This document shows, one piece after another, positions 10,884 to 30,000 of a stretch of 64,000 bases of DNA (its first letter is position 1; each line of letters begins with the position of its first letter). The stretch is from an uncultured delta proteobacterium (GTDB taxonomy: Bacteria > Myxococcota > Kuafuiibacteriia > Kuafuiibacteriales > Kuafuiibacteriaceae), in assembly GCA_963803435.1 (NCBI GenBank), contig CAWDML010000014.1:256157-320156 (forward strand). The letters are read 5' to 3'. The notes beneath the pieces are model-generated. The model searched no databases. It was given only the letters and a program-made list of their open reading frames with translations, and had not been told where the DNA came from. The translations under genes and the position numbers were made by a program.

Positions 10884-11618
10884 TCAGCTGGCGCTCTCTC
10901 CGACCTCGACCACCGGCGCGGCCGCCACTCCATTGCTGGCCGCATCGGGGAGCGGCTCGACGCCGTCGGTGTCGAGGTCGTGAACCTGCGGATTGTGCGT
11001 CCAGTAGAAGCGCGCACACCAGTCGTGCCCCAGACCCTTGGTCATGGCCACCTCTTCGAGACCGGCAAACAAGACCCGGCGCAGCTTGTTGAGGATCGCC
11101 TTCGCCAGCGCGACACGGTTGGAGAAGCGCGCCAGATCGACCTCGAGGCGCGTGCGCTCCCGGATGATGTTCTCGAGCGCCGCCCTCCGATCGGCCAGGC
11201 GCTCGGAGTAGACGCCGAGCTCCTCCTGCTCCTCCTGCTCGAGGTGCCGCTCCAGGTCCTTCGAGATCATGATCTCCGCTGCGTACGACAGGCTGGTCAC
11301 GTGCGACGGAATGTCGGCGAAGTAACGGCGGTAGAGGGGGGCATCGACGCTGTTCCCCGAGAGCTCGAGCAAGCGCCGCTGAAAAGCCATCATCGTGTCG
11401 TCCCAGGCATCGTCGGCGATCTCGACCATGGCCTGGGTCTCGACGTGGCGAATGTCGAGACGGCCCTCCTCGTCCTCGAGCAGCGCCAGCTTGTCCGCCG
11501 CCTCCACGAAGTCCGTGGCCAGATGGCGGGTGTCCTCCAGCGCGTTCAGGCGGGCCGCGGTGTAATTCGCCTCGAGACGGAAGATGCGGATGGGCTTCGA
11601 CTCGGGAATTTCCAGCAT
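10884..11618 (-). CDS. Hypothetical helical/coiled-coil protein
   Basis: Host-like codon usage from ATG 11618 (MLEIPESKPIR); no recognised motif. Confidence 0.75.
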   Translation of the reverse strand: MLEIPESKPIRIFRLEANYTAARLNALEDTRHLATDFVEAADKLALLEDEEGRLDIRHVETQAMVEIADDAWDDTMMAFQRRLLELSGNSVDAPLYRRYFADIPSHVTSLSYAAEIMISKDLERHLEQEEQEELGVYSERLADRRAALENIIRERTRLEVDLARFSNRVALAKAILNKLRRVLFAGLEEVAMTKGLGHDWCARFYWTHNPQVHDLDTDGVEPLPDAASNGVAAAPVVEVGESAS

Positions 11619-11664
11619 GGGATCGTTCGCGTAACGCGCAGGCGCGGAACCGTCAAGATCGCCT

Positions 11665-12183
11665 ATGATCCCTGCTATGGAGGCCGCCCAGAGGAAGTCG
11701 AGCGTCGTGCTGAAGGTGGTGGTCGGAGTCCTCGCGGGCTTCTTCGTCCTGGCCCTCATGACCGCGGTCGCCGTCTATCGCTGGTACAACTCACCCGCCA
11801 CCCAGGAGCGCGTGGGCGCGGTCCGTGACTTCATGCACCTCATGGCCAAGGCTTCGCAGGCGCCCGGCGCCGAGGAGCTTCGCAAGCTGGGTTGCGATCA
11901 GGCAGCCGTGTTCACGAAGGAGGAGGCGGCGGCCTTCATGGAGTCACTCGGGAAGTTCGCACCCGCCGCCGAGCGCGGCACGGTCGACCTCCCGATGATC
12001 TTTTGCAACGTGCGGGTGAAAACGGCGCTGAGCTGCAAGGACCTGACGCTCGGCTACGCCACCTCGGTCGCGGACGGTCCGGATCAGATGATCGTGCTGC
12101 TCCAGGCGCAGACGTTTCCTCAGCAGGTGGTGTGCAGCGGGCTCTATGCGAGAGACGGGACGCTCGTCGAGTCGCTCCAGTGA
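11665..12183 (+). CDS. Hypothetical single-pass membrane protein with 4 Cys
   Basis: N-terminal TM segment VVVGVLAGFFVLALMTAVAV; convergent with rpoC. Confidence 0.7.
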   Translation: MIPAMEAAQRKSSVVLKVVVGVLAGFFVLALMTAVAVYRWYNSPATQERVGAVRDFMHLMAKASQAPGAEELRKLGCDQAAVFTKEEAAAFMESLGKFAPAAERGTVDLPMIFCNVRVKTALSCKDLTLGYATSVADGPDQMIVLLQAQTFPQQVVCSGLYARDGTLVESLQ

Positions 12184-16414
<4,231 letters not shown>

Positions 16415-16420
16415 TGGGAT

Positions 16421-20692
<4,272 letters not shown>

Positions 20693-20976
20693 CGGTTCTC
20701 TTCTCTACTTCCCCGGACTTGGACCGTACGATCCTCGCCCGGTTGCACAGCCGTCACTTCGACGAGGGCGGGTGACTCGTTTCGCTCGAATCACCCAACC
20801 TGCTGAACTGACGGGGAATGTGCCCCGACATGTTCAGCCCACCCTGCGAAGTCAAGCCAAAAGATTGTCTACAACAAACCCCTACGCTCGGAGTCCCCCA
20901 GTCCACCCGGGCTCGCCCTTACGTACGGGGCGCAGAGCTCGCGCCCCACGCCCCGCTTTGCACCACGCCCGTCCAA

Positions 20977-21357
20977 CTACTTGAGCTGGACCTGGGCGCC
21001 GACCTTCTCGAGGGTCTCCTTGATTTGACCGGCCTCTTCCTTCGAGACCGCTTCCTTCACCGGCTTCGGCGCCTCGTCGACCAGCGCCTTGGCTTCCTTC
21101 AAGCCGAGCCCGGTGATCGCGCGGACCTCCTTGATGACCTTGATCTTGTCCGTGCCCGCCGCCATCAGAATGACGTCGAACTCGGTCTGCTCGGCGGGCT
21201 TCTCCTCGCCCATGCCCATCATGCCGGGAGGCATCATCATGCCGCCGCCCTTGGCGGCCTCGACGCCCCACTTCTCCTCGAGCTGCTTCACCAGATCGGC
21301 GGCCTCGACAACGGTGAGGGCCGACAGGTCGTTCATGATCTGTTCGAGATTTGCCAT
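20977..21357 (-). CDS. rplL: 50S ribosomal protein L7/L12
   Basis: [29 protein letters not shown]. Confidence 0.98.
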   Translation of the reverse strand: MANLEQIMNDLSALTVVEAADLVKQLEEKWGVEAAKGGGMMMPPGMMGMGEEKPAEQTEFDVILMAAGTDKIKVIKEVRAITGLGLKEAKALVDEAPKPVKEAVSKEEAGQIKETLEKVGAQVQLK

Positions 21358-21391
21358 TTCAAAAACTCCTTCGTGAAACCTGTGGCGGCCC

Positions 21392-21937
21392 CTAAGCGGC
21401 GGCGACGCCTTCCTTGTCCTTCGCGATCTTCGCCTCGATCACCGAGAGCAGCTTCGACGCCGGTGCGTTGAGCTGCGCGAGGAGCTTGGCCGCCGGCGCG
21501 TTGATCACGCCGAGCAGCTGCGCTCTCGCCTCGTTCATCGTCGGGAGGGCCGCCAGCTTCTCGACGCCGGCCTCCCCCTCCACGATGTCGTTCTCGACGA
21601 AGCCCGCCTGAACCTTGAACTTCTCGTATTGCTTCGAGAGGTCCTTGGCCACGCGGCCCAGCGCCGCGTACTCCTCGTCGTATTTGAACAGCACGGCCTT
21701 GGGGCCGAAAAACACCTTGCTCAGGCTCGAACGCTTCGTGCCCTCGAGTGCCCGGCGCATCAGCGTGTTCTTGACGACGCGATACTCGACACCGGCTTCG
21801 CGGAACTTCGCCCGGATCTTCGTGACCGACTCGACGTCCAAACCTTGGAAGTCGGCGATCAGACCGGCCTTCGCCCGCGACAGCTTCTCCGACAGCGAGG
21901 CGACCGCCTCTTCCTTTGCCTGACGGGTCATGCCCAT
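21392..21937 (-). CDS. rplJ: 50S ribosomal protein L10
   Basis: [19 protein letters not shown]; position between rplA and rplL. Confidence 0.95.
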   Translation of the reverse strand: MGMTRQAKEEAVASLSEKLSRAKAGLIADFQGLDVESVTKIRAKFREAGVEYRVVKNTLMRRALEGTKRSSLSKVFFGPKAVLFKYDEEYAALGRVAKDLSKQYEKFKVQAGFVENDIVEGEAGVEKLAALPTMNEARAQLLGVINAPAAKLLAQLNAPASKLLSVIEAKIAKDKEGVAAA

Positions 21938-21944
21938 TCGGTCT

Positions 21945-22090
21945 CACCTCCGTTTGACCCACGCGACGTGGGCCCGTCGTTGCATCTGACCTTCCGACCA
22001 GACTCGCGACGGGTGCGGAGCCTGACCTTCTCGGCGGGCCGTCCATCGACGATTGAGGCCTCACGGCCGCCCGCTGTCTCGGAGGGTCTC
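21945..22090 (-). promoter_or_regulatory. L10 leader (rplJL autoregulatory RNA)
   Basis: Minus strand CCGAGACAGCGGGC...TCAA...GCCCGCCGAG matches the L10-leader layout, directly upstream of rplJ. Confidence 0.7.
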
Positions 22091-22094
22091 GTTA

Positions 22095-22793
22095 TCAGAA
22101 CGCTCCATCTCCTGGGTCGACCTTGATCCCGGGCCCCATGGTGGTGCTGATCGTGATCGACTGCATGTACGTGCCCTTGGCCGACGCCGGCTTGGCGCGG
22201 TTCAGGGCATCGACGATGGTCACCAGGTTGCCGAGCAACGCGCTCGGCTCGAAGGACGCCTTGCCGATCGGGACCTGGATGATCCCGGCCTTCTCGGTGC
22301 GGTACTCGACCTTACCGCCCTTGGCGTCCCGCACCGCCTGCGCCACGTCGGGCGTGACGGTGCCGGTCTTGGGGTTCGGCATCAGCCCGCGGGGACCGAG
22401 CACCCGGCCCAGACGGCCGACCATGCCCATCATGTCGGGCGACGCCACCACGACGTCGAAGTCCAGCATGCCGCCGTTGACCTGCTCCACCAGGTCCTCG
22501 GCGCCGACGATGTCCGCGCCTGCATCCCGGGCCTCGCCCTGCTTCTCGCCGCGGCAGAACACCGCCACGCGCTTGGTCTTGCCGGTGCCGTTCGGCATCA
22601 CGACCGCGCCGCGGATCATCTGATCGGCGTGGCGCGGATCCACCCCCAGCTTCACGGCGCACTCGACGGTCTCGTCGAACTTGCCGCCGGCGGTGGTCTT
22701 CTTGATCAGCTCGCAGGCGTCCTGCGCGGTGTACTTCTTGCTCCCGTCGATCTGCTCCGCGGCCTTCTGGTAGCGCTTGCTGCGTTTCTTCAT
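22095..22793 (-). CDS. rplA: 50S ribosomal protein L1
   Basis: [41 protein letters not shown]; RBS GGAG upstream of ATG 22793. Confidence 0.98.
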   Translation of the reverse strand: MKKRSKRYQKAAEQIDGSKKYTAQDACELIKKTTAGGKFDETVECAVKLGVDPRHADQMIRGAVVMPNGTGKTKRVAVFCRGEKQGEARDAGADIVGAEDLVEQVNGGMLDFDVVVASPDMMGMVGRLGRVLGPRGLMPNPKTGTVTPDVAQAVRDAKGGKVEYRTEKAGIIQVPIGKASFEPSALLGNLVTIVDALNRAKPASAKGTYMQSITISTTMGPGIKVDPGDGAF

Positions 22794-22805
22794 CGTCTCT
22801 CCTTC

Positions 22806-22840
22806 GTAGTCCGAGCGACGCGCTCTCGTGCGTCTCCTAC
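22806..22840 (-). promoter_or_regulatory. Putative L1-binding mRNA site upstream of rplA
   Basis: GTAGGAG-stem-GGACTAC, resembling the L1 operator (GUGGGAG...ACCAC), adjacent to the RBS. Confidence 0.5.
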
Positions 22841-22879
22841 AAAGCAAAGGCTCCACCCCACTCGATCGGGGATGGAGCC
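22841..22879 (-). terminator. Terminator-like hairpin between rplK and rplA
   Basis: GGCTCCATCCC-N9-GGGGTGGAGCC followed by TTTGCTTT. Confidence 0.45.
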
Positions 22880-22897
22880 GGTGGAAGTTCGGAGCGC

Positions 22898-23347
22898 TTA
22901 TCGAATGACGTCGACGCCCATCGATCGGGCCGTGCCCGCGATGATGCTCGCTCCCGTCTCTGCGTCGTAGCAGTTGAGATCGGGCGCCTTCATCTGCGCG
23001 ATCTTCTTGCACTGCTCCCAGGTGATCTTCCCGACCTTCACCTTGCCGGGCTCCCGCGATCCGGACGCGGGCTTCTTGTTCAGATGGAGGCCGGCCTCCT
23101 TCTTGATCAGCACCGAGGCCGGCGGCGACTTCGTGATGAACGTGAAGCTGCGGTCCTGAAAGACCGTGATCACGACGGGGATGATCAAGCCGTCCTTCGC
23201 CTGCTCCTGCGTGCGGGCGTTGAACTGCTTGCAGAAATCCATGATGTTCACGCCGTGCTGACCGAGCGACGGGCCGACGGGGGGTGCGGGATTCGCACGG
23301 CCGGCCGGCACCTGGAGCTTGATCATCGCCATTATCTTCTTCGCCAT
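22898..23347 (-). CDS. rplK: 50S ribosomal protein L11
   Basis: [44 protein letters not shown]. Confidence 0.98.
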   Translation of the reverse strand: MAKKIMAMIKLQVPAGRANPAPPVGPSLGQHGVNIMDFCKQFNARTQEQAKDGLIIPVVITVFQDRSFTFITKSPPASVLIKKEAGLHLNKKPASGSREPGKVKVGKITWEQCKKIAQMKAPDLNCYDAETGASIIAGTARSMGVDVIR

Positions 23348-23416
23348 GACTCGTCCTTGTGGGAGCACCGGGGCCTACATCATCGTGGCCCCGTTGAACA
23401 AGATTTTTTTCGGGGG

Positions 23417-24136
23417 CTAGGCGGCGGTCTTCTCGACCTGACCGAAGTCCAGCTCGACCGGCGTCGAGCGCCCGAAGATGGAAACCAGCACGCGAAGCTT
23501 CTGCTTCTCCTGCTTGACCTCTTCGATGGTGCCGTTGAACCCGGAGAAGGGCCCGTCGATGACTCGGACGGTCTCGCCCTCCTCGAACTCGACGCGCGGC
23601 TTCACCTGGGCGGCGCCCTCGGTCATCTGGTTCGTCAGCCGCTCGACCTCGGCGTCGCGCAGCGCCATCGGCTTCTGGGCGTTGCCGACAAAGCCGGTGA
23701 TCTTGGGCGTCGACTTCACCAGGTGCCAGGTGCGGTCGTTGAGCTCCATCTGCACGATCATGTAGCCGGGGAAGAACTTGCGCTTCGACTTGCGCTTGCT
23801 CCCGCCCAGGAGCTCCACGACGTTCTCCGTCGGGACCATGATCTCGCCGAAGAACTCCTCGAGCCCCTCGAGCTTGGCCCGCTCCAGCAGGCTCTTCTGC
23901 GCCCGGTGCTCGTACCCCGAGTACGTGTGCACCACGTACCACTTCAGCCGGGGGTTGGCCTGCAACGCCAGCTCGGCGGCGGACAGGGGCGGCTTTTCGC
24001 CCTCGAGCGGTTCCTCGGTCTCTTCCATCGGTTCGGACTCTTCCGCCTCCGATGCCTCTTCGGCTTCGGGCTCGGGTTCGGAGGCCTCGGCCTCTTCCTC
24101 GAGGGTTTCGTCGTTCTGGTGTTCTTGTCCGGCCAC
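23417..24136 (-). CDS. nusG: Transcription termination/antitermination factor NusG with acidic N-terminal extension
   Basis: [37 protein letters not shown]. Confidence 0.96.
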   Translation of the reverse strand: MAGQEHQNDETLEEEAEASEPEPEAEEASEAEESEPMEETEEPLEGEKPPLSAAELALQANPRLKWYVVHTYSGYEHRAQKSLLERAKLEGLEEFFGEIMVPTENVVELLGGSKRKSKRKFFPGYMIVQMELNDRTWHLVKSTPKITGFVGNAQKPMALRDAEVERLTNQMTEGAAQVKPRVEFEEGETVRVIDGPFSGFNGTIEEVKQEKQKLRVLVSIFGRSTPVELDFGQVEKTAA

Positions 24137-24152
24137 GGGTCAGCGCCTCTCG

Positions 24153-24548
24153 TCAGCCCAGGGTGGGCGCGCGGTAGATCAGGCCGGTGAGCTGCGCCCA
24201 GACCACGTCGAACAGGCCGAGGATCACCGCGATGATCAGCGCCGTCACGATGACGACGACCGTCGCCGTCCGCGTCTCCTTCCGGTCGGGCCACGTGCAC
24301 TTGAGCAGCTCGATGACCACCTCGTTCGCGAACGTGTGGGCCCGCTCGTTCTTGAAGGTGAAGATGCCCGCAGCCAGCGAGATCAGGAAGCCGAGCACCG
24401 TGGTGAGCGTGAAGTTGTCTCCGAGCAGGGCCGGATCGGGAAGGCCCGCCGAATACGCGATCTGCCCCGAGACCTTGGCGAGCGTCGCCCACAAGAGGAC
24501 GCCGAAGGCAAGGAACGCAAAGATGACATAACGTTGAGTGCTCTGCAC
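24153..24548 (-). CDS. secE: Preprotein translocase subunit SecE (3 TM)
   Basis: ELLKCTWPDRKET motif; lies between tRNA-Trp and nusG; GTG start at 24548. Confidence 0.92.
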   Translation of the reverse strand: MQSTQRYVIFAFLAFGVLLWATLAKVSGQIAYSAGLPDPALLGDNFTLTTVLGFLISLAAGIFTFKNERAHTFANEVVIELLKCTWPDRKETRTATVVVIVTALIIAVILGLFDVVWAQLTGLIYRAPTLG

Positions 24549-24566
24549 GCGCGATCTCCCAAGAAG

Positions 24567-24640
24567 CAGGGCAGGAGGGACTCGAACCCCCAACAAACGG
24601 TTTTGGAAACCGCCGCTCTACCAATTGGAGCTACTGCCCT
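24567..24640 (-). tRNA. tRNA-Trp (CCA)
   Basis: AGGGCAG acceptor stem, GCGGT-TTCCAAA-ACCGT anticodon arm, GTTCGAGT T-loop. Confidence 0.95.
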
Positions 24641-24709
24641 ACGGCTTCCAGCCGCAGAACCGGGGTTACTAGACGATTTGCGACGGGTCCGCCAGGAAAA
24701 AAATTGCGA

Positions 24710-24782
24710 AGCCTACAACCAGATTCGAACTGGTGACCTCTTCCTTACCAAGGAAGTGCTCTGCCGACTGAGCTATGTAGGC
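24710..24782 (-). tRNA. tRNA-Thr (GGT)
   Basis: GCCTACA stem, CTTCC-TTGGTAA-GGAAG anticodon arm, GTTCGAAT. Confidence 0.95.
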
Positions 24783-24790
24783 GTTCCCAG

Positions 24791-24862
24791 AGCGGGAGAC
24801 GAGGATTGAACTCGCGACTTTCAGCTTGGAAGGCTGACACTCTACCACTGAGTTACTCCCGC
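24791..24862 (-). tRNA. tRNA-Gly (TCC)
   Basis: GCGGGAG stem, TCAGC-CTTCCAA-GCTGA anticodon arm, GTTCAAT. Confidence 0.95.
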
Positions 24863-24872
24863 AAGAACGTCG

Positions 24873-24955
24873 TGGAGGGTGGTGGATTCGAACCACCGTA
24901 GGCTTACGCCGCTGGGTTTACAGCCCAGTCCCTTTGGCCACTCGGGCAACCCTCC
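24873..24955 (-). tRNA. tRNA-Tyr (GTA)
   Basis: GGAGGGT stem, CTGGG-CTGTAAA-CCCAG anticodon arm, long variable arm. Confidence 0.95.
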
Positions 24956-24978
24956 ATCTCCTCGCGTTGGCGACGGGA

Positions 24979-25050
24979 AGCTGGCGATTGGATTCGAACC
25001 AACAACCCTCTGCTTACAAAGCAGACGCTCTACCGTTGAGCCACGCCAGC
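24979..25050 (-). tRNA. tRNA-Thr (TGT)
   Basis: GCTGGCG stem, TCTGC-TTTGTAA-GCAGA anticodon arm, GTTCGAAT. Confidence 0.95.
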
Positions 25051-25087
25051 GCAGGTCATGGCTGCTTAAAGGACTCGTTCGGTGGAG

Positions 25088-25879
25088 TCAAGGAGACGCG
25101 GCGACCCGGCGCTGCCGGAGCGCCTCCCAGAGGAGGATTCCGGCGGCCACCGAGGCGTTGAGGCTGTCGAAGCCGTGGGCCAGCGGGATCCCGATCCGAA
25201 GGTCGCACTTCTCGGCCAGGCTGGGCCGGACGCCGCTGCTCTCGCCGCCGATCACGAGGCCGAGGGGCCCGTCGAGCCGCGCCTGGTCGGCCGGCTCGCC
25301 GCCCATGACCGCGGCGGCGGTCCAGACGCCCCGCTCCACCAGCCGCTCCACGGCGAGCTTGAGGTTCGTGACCGACGCGATCGGCACCGCCAGCGCGGCG
25401 CCCGCGGAGGCCCGGACCACGGCCGCGGTGACGCGCGCGGCCCGGTTCGTCGGCAGCACCACGCCGTGGGCGCCGAGCGCGTAGACGCTGCGCAGGATCG
25501 CGCCCAGGTTCTGCGGATCCTGGATGCCGTCGAGCAGCACCACCAGCGGCTCCTCGCCGAGCGCCTCGGCGCGGTCGACGATGGCGTCGACGTCGATCGA
25601 CTCGAGGGCCTTCGGATCGAGCTCGGCCATCACGCCCTGGTGGCTGCCGGCGCCGACGCGCTTGGTGATGTCATCCTTCGAGACGTCCATCACCGGCACG
25701 CCCGCCGACTGGGCTGCGTGCAGGATGTCTTGCGTTCGGCCGCCTTCGGCACGCGCCACCTTCACGGCCAGCACGGCGGCGCCGCCCTGGAGCGCCTCGA
25801 GCACCGGCTGCACTCCGTAGATGAAGTGGGTCGGCCCGTCCTCGACGGGCGCGTGCTTCGCCCCTCGCCGCCGGGTCAA
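25088..25879 (-). CDS. rlmB: 23S rRNA Gm2251 2'-O-methyltransferase (TrmH/SPOUT)
   Basis: HQGV, LDGIQDPQNLGAILRS, VIGGE, SLNASVAAGI; TTG start overlaps the pyrF stop. Confidence 0.9.
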   Translation of the reverse strand: MTRRRGAKHAPVEDGPTHFIYGVQPVLEALQGGAAVLAVKVARAEGGRTQDILHAAQSAGVPVMDVSKDDITKRVGAGSHQGVMAELDPKALESIDVDAIVDRAEALGEEPLVVLLDGIQDPQNLGAILRSVYALGAHGVVLPTNRAARVTAAVVRASAGAALAVPIASVTNLKLAVERLVERGVWTAAAVMGGEPADQARLDGPLGLVIGGESSGVRPSLAEKCDLRIGIPLAHGFDSLNASVAAGILLWEALRQRRVAASP

Positions 25880-26637
25880 GATCGCGCCTTCTCGATGTCG
25901 TCGACGATCCGGCGGGCGGCCGTCACCGGATCCTCGGAGGTCCGGATGGGCCGGCCGACGACCACGTAGGTGGCACCGGCTTCGACCGCCTGCCGCGCCG
26001 TCATGACGCGGGACTGATCGCCGACGTCGTCCCCCGGCCCGCGGATCCCGGGGACCACGAACACGGTGGCGTCGGGGACCAGCGGCCGCAGCACCGCGAG
26101 CTCGTGGCCGCTCGCCACCAGTCCCTGAGCGCCGGCGCCCACCGCCAGCCTGGCGAGGCGCTGGGCCTGCTCCGCAAGCGGGCTTGCAAAACCGAGCGCC
26201 CGGATCTCGTCCTCGGAGTGGCTGGTCAACACGGTCACGGCCAGCAACAGCGGCGGCGGGCTGCCGGGGATCAGGGTCATCTGCGCCAGCTCGTCGATCG
26301 CGGAGGTGATCATGCGCGCCCCGCCCAGCGCGTGGACGGTGAACATCCGGGCCCGCTGGCGGGCGACCTCCCGCGCAGCGCCCGCGACCTGCGCCGGGAT
26401 GTCGTGAAACTTGAGATCGAGAAAGACGCTCGAGCCCATGCCGTGGATCAGGTCGAGCACGAGGGAGCCGGCGCTGGTGAACAGGCGGGGGCCGACCTTG
26501 AAGAGCCCGACGTGGGGCGCCAGCAGCTTCACGAGGCGTTCGGCCTCGTCGATGTGGTCGACGTCGAGGGCGAAGATCAGGCGGTCCCGGGGTTCCTTGG
26601 GTGGCCGATGGCCGAGCTGCCGGACGAGGTCCCGCAC
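25876..26637 (-). CDS. pyrF: Orotidine-5'-phosphate decarboxylase
   Basis: LIFALD, FKVG, FLDLKFHDIP, VPGIR, VVGRPI. Confidence 0.95.
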   Translation of the reverse strand: MRDLVRQLGHRPPKEPRDRLIFALDVDHIDEAERLVKLLAPHVGLFKVGPRLFTSAGSLVLDLIHGMGSSVFLDLKFHDIPAQVAGAAREVARQRARMFTVHALGGARMITSAIDELAQMTLIPGSPPPLLLAVTVLTSHSEDEIRALGFASPLAEQAQRLARLAVGAGAQGLVASGHELAVLRPLVPDATVFVVPGIRGPGDDVGDQSRVMTARQAVEAGATYVVVGRPIRTSEDPVTAARRIVDDIEKARS

Positions 26638-26698
26638 GGCGGCATGATAGGCAGGCCCGGCTGCGGATTGCCACCATTTCTGGTACAGCTGGCGGTGC

Positions 26699-27004
26699 GT
26701 GGACACGCTCCTCCACTCGCTGTCCATCTACATGATCATCGGGATCTTCGTGGTCGTCGGGATCTCGCAGCTCAACCGGATCGTCGGCAGCGTCCTCGGC
26801 GTCGTCTTCTGGATCGCGGTGGCCGCCGTGGGCAGCCTGGCCTACGACCAGGGCGGCGGGATCCGTCTGCTTTCGATGGAGTTCTCGCGGTCCGGCTTCT
26901 ACCTGTTCTGTGGCGCGTTCGTCGCGTTCAACGTCTTCAACCTCTACATGGCTCTCGTGCGGAAGCGCCGGCGGCGGATGCGACGCCCGCTAGATGAGGA
27001 GTGA
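26699..27004 (+). CDS. Small hypothetical membrane protein (3 TM, basic C-terminus)
   Basis: Three hydrophobic segments followed by an RKRRRR tail. Confidence 0.7.
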   Translation: MDTLLHSLSIYMIIGIFVVVGISQLNRIVGSVLGVVFWIAVAAVGSLAYDQGGGIRLLSMEFSRSGFYLFCGAFVAFNVFNLYMALVRKRRRRMRRPLDEE

Positions 27005-30000
27005 GAACGTCGCCCACCAGGCCGGATGCGGGTGGAGCTTCCGCACCTCGATCTGCGCAGCCTTGAGCGCCTCGAGGGCGTCGCGGGTCCGCGCCTCCCG
27101 ATAGAAGTGCTTCATCACCAGCGCCGCCGTCAGATCGTTGACGTGCATCGTGGTGGCCAGCACCCAACCGGCGCCGGCGAAGCGGAACGCCTGGGCGAGG
27201 GAGCGGAGCTCGTCGCCGCTGAGGGACGACGTTCGATCGGGAGAGATCAGAGTCTGGCACGCGGAGAGGACCACCAGGCGCGCGCTGGTGCGGGTGTTGA
27301 GCACGTCGAGCATCGAGACCGGGCCGTCGCTCGTCGGCAGCCGGCCGCCGAGCGGATCGGAGGAGCGCGCGCCCTCGCCGCCCAGGAAGAAGTGGCCCGC
27401 GAAGTGGAACACGCCGCCCGCGCGACGCAGCGAGGCCAGGAACGACTCGCGCGTGACCGCAGCGCCGCGGATCGCCTCGGCCTCCGGGTACTCCTCGCGG
27501 ATCAGCTCCAGCTCCTTGTCGGCGAACGTGAGCGGAGCGATCGCGCTTCCGGGTGCCGGCAGCGGCGCACCGAGGGCGACGATCGGCAGCCGTGATCCTC
27601 TGCCGGCCGCCAGCGACGGAAGCGGCTCGGCGAGCGCGTCGGCGGCGGCGCGCGGGCCCAGCGCTACCGCGACCGACGCGCGGTCGATCAGGAGCGTGGT
27701 GCCCTCGGGATCGACGGGGAGCGCGGCGAACGCGACATAGCTGAGCGGTCCGTGGGGAACGATCGCGATCCGGTGGATCGCGGCGATGTCGCCGGCGACG
27801 GGCGCGAGCAGGAGATCGGCGAGGTGGCGGCTCGACTCGGTGACGTCGGCGCGAGCCGCCATCTCCCGCGTGTACCGCGCCAGCAGGTCGCGCAGCTCCG
27901 AGCGCGCGATCGGGACCCGGCGCGCCGTGATGCGATCGTGCGCGAGCGCGAAGATCACGAGCGCGTCCTCGGTCGTCCGGTACATCAGGATCGCCGCGTC
28001 CGCCGGCAGGCGCGCGCGCACCTCGTCGAGGCGATCCTCCTTCAGCATGCGGGCCAGCCGCGGGTTCTTCAGCGTGAGCGCGTCGAGGGCGGCGACCGCG
28101 GCGGTAGCGGTCTCGGCGCCCTTGGCCGTTCGCCACAGCGCCGTCACCTCGGGTCCGCCGACCGAGAGGCGCGAGTCCTCGGCGAGCTCGGAGAGCTCGA
28201 GCACGCGGGTCTCCTCCGCGACCTGAAAGGCCTCCTCCGGGCGGCTCTGCGAGAGGAGCAGCGCGATCAGATCATCGAACGCCGCGTAGCGATCGGGACC
28301 GAAGTCGCTCTGGGCCACGCGTCCGGTGATCGTCCGCGCCGTATCGATCGCGCTCCGGAGCTCCTTCTCCGCGCCGGCTTGATCGCCCTGCGCGACGAGC
28401 ATCAACCCGAGCGCACGATGGATCGACTGCGCGAGATCCTTCACCTGAAACCGGTCCGCGATCGGGAGCGCTTGCTGGTATTGAGCGCGCGCCGAGGCGA
28501 GGTCGCCGTTCTCGCGGAACAGCTCGCCGAGCGCGAAGCGGGCGCGCAGCTCGTTGTTCTGGTCCTTGACCTCCCGCGAGTACTCGAGCGCGGTCTCGAG
28601 GGCCGTCTGCGCCGCCTCGCCCTGTCCCTCGAGCGAGAGCGTCCGACCCAGGTTCCGCAGATCGTAGGCGAGCGCGTAGCGATCCTTGAGCCGGCGATCG
28701 ATCTTCTCGGCCGCGCGGAACGCCTCGCCTGCCTCTTCGAGCCGGCCGAACTCGAGGTAGACACGACCGAGGTTGTTGTACTGGGTGGCGAGCTCGCGCT
28801 CGTCCTTGATGGCCTCGGCGATCCGGCGCGCACGCTCGAGATGACCGACGGCGGCGTCGAAGTCGCGCTGGCTCATGGCGGTGACGCCGCAGACCGAGAG
28901 CGCGTAGATTTGGAGCCGCCGCACCCGCTTGCGGAGTGTCGCCAGCGACTGCTGGTCCTTGGGCTTCTGCTCCTTCTGGCTGACCGGTACCAGCGAGCCG
29001 GTCTTCCTGATCCGCTCGAGCAGCTCGTCGACGCGAGCCAGGCTGGTGTCGCACAGCTCGCCGGCGCGCTGGTAGTCGCCCCGGTACCAGGAGACGTTGG
29101 CCGCCTCGATCAGCGCCGACAGCTCCAGCTCGGGGAGATTCTTGGCGGCCGCCTCGGCGCGCGCCTTCTCTGCCTGGTGCTCGGCGTCTTCGAAGTCGCC
29201 CCGCCGGCGAGCCGCCCGCGCCAGGCCGAGCGTGATGTCGAGGCGCTCCTCGTCGGTCTGGGCCAACCGATAGGCGCGCTCGAACGCCCGCTTGGCCTTG
29301 ACCGGATCGCTCAATCGATTGAGCTCGATCTCCGCGACCCTCAGGACCGCCGAGTCGGCCTCGCGGGGGCGGTTCTTCCTCTGGTAGACGCCGGCGCGGC
29401 GGTAGATGGCGATCGCGCGCTCCAGCAGCTCGACGGCGGCCGCGTCCTCCAACATGTCGCGCTTGTGAAGCGCGTAGTCGTGATACGCGCGCCCGAGGCC
29501 CAAGAGATCACCCTTCTTCTTGAGCTCCCCGACCAGCGCGGTGAACGTCTCCTCGGCCTTCTCGAAGTCCTGCGCCTTGCTGTAGAGCTGCCCCAGCTGG
29601 AGCCGGGCCGTCAGCAGCTCCTCCTCCACCTTCGCCCTCGCCTTCAGCTCCTTGGTGCCGGCCAGCGCGCGCTCGAGGTGAGCGACCAGATCGCGCTGGT
29701 GATCGGCGGCGCGGGCGTGCTCGGGCGGATCGATGTGCTCGGAGAGGATGCCGACCAGCGCGGTGTACGCGAACACCAGCGAATCTTCCTTCTTGGCGGC
29801 GAGCTGGAGCCGGATCCAGCGCTCGATCGCGTCGACGGCCTCCCGATACTGCTTCTGCTTGAACGCTCGGCCCGCGCTCGACGAGGCCGACTTGAGGTGC
29901 TTCTGCGCGAACGAGCGGCTGGCGTCGCCGTCGAGGCCGGGCGAGCCGATCAGCTGCGCCGAGAGCACCGAGGGCGCCTCGGCCGCCCCCTCCTTCTGCG

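Noticed and set aside
22095-23942. 615-aa extended L1 ORF
   Set aside because: The upstream part is an off-frame read through nusG and rplK; the real start is ATG 22793 with an RBS.
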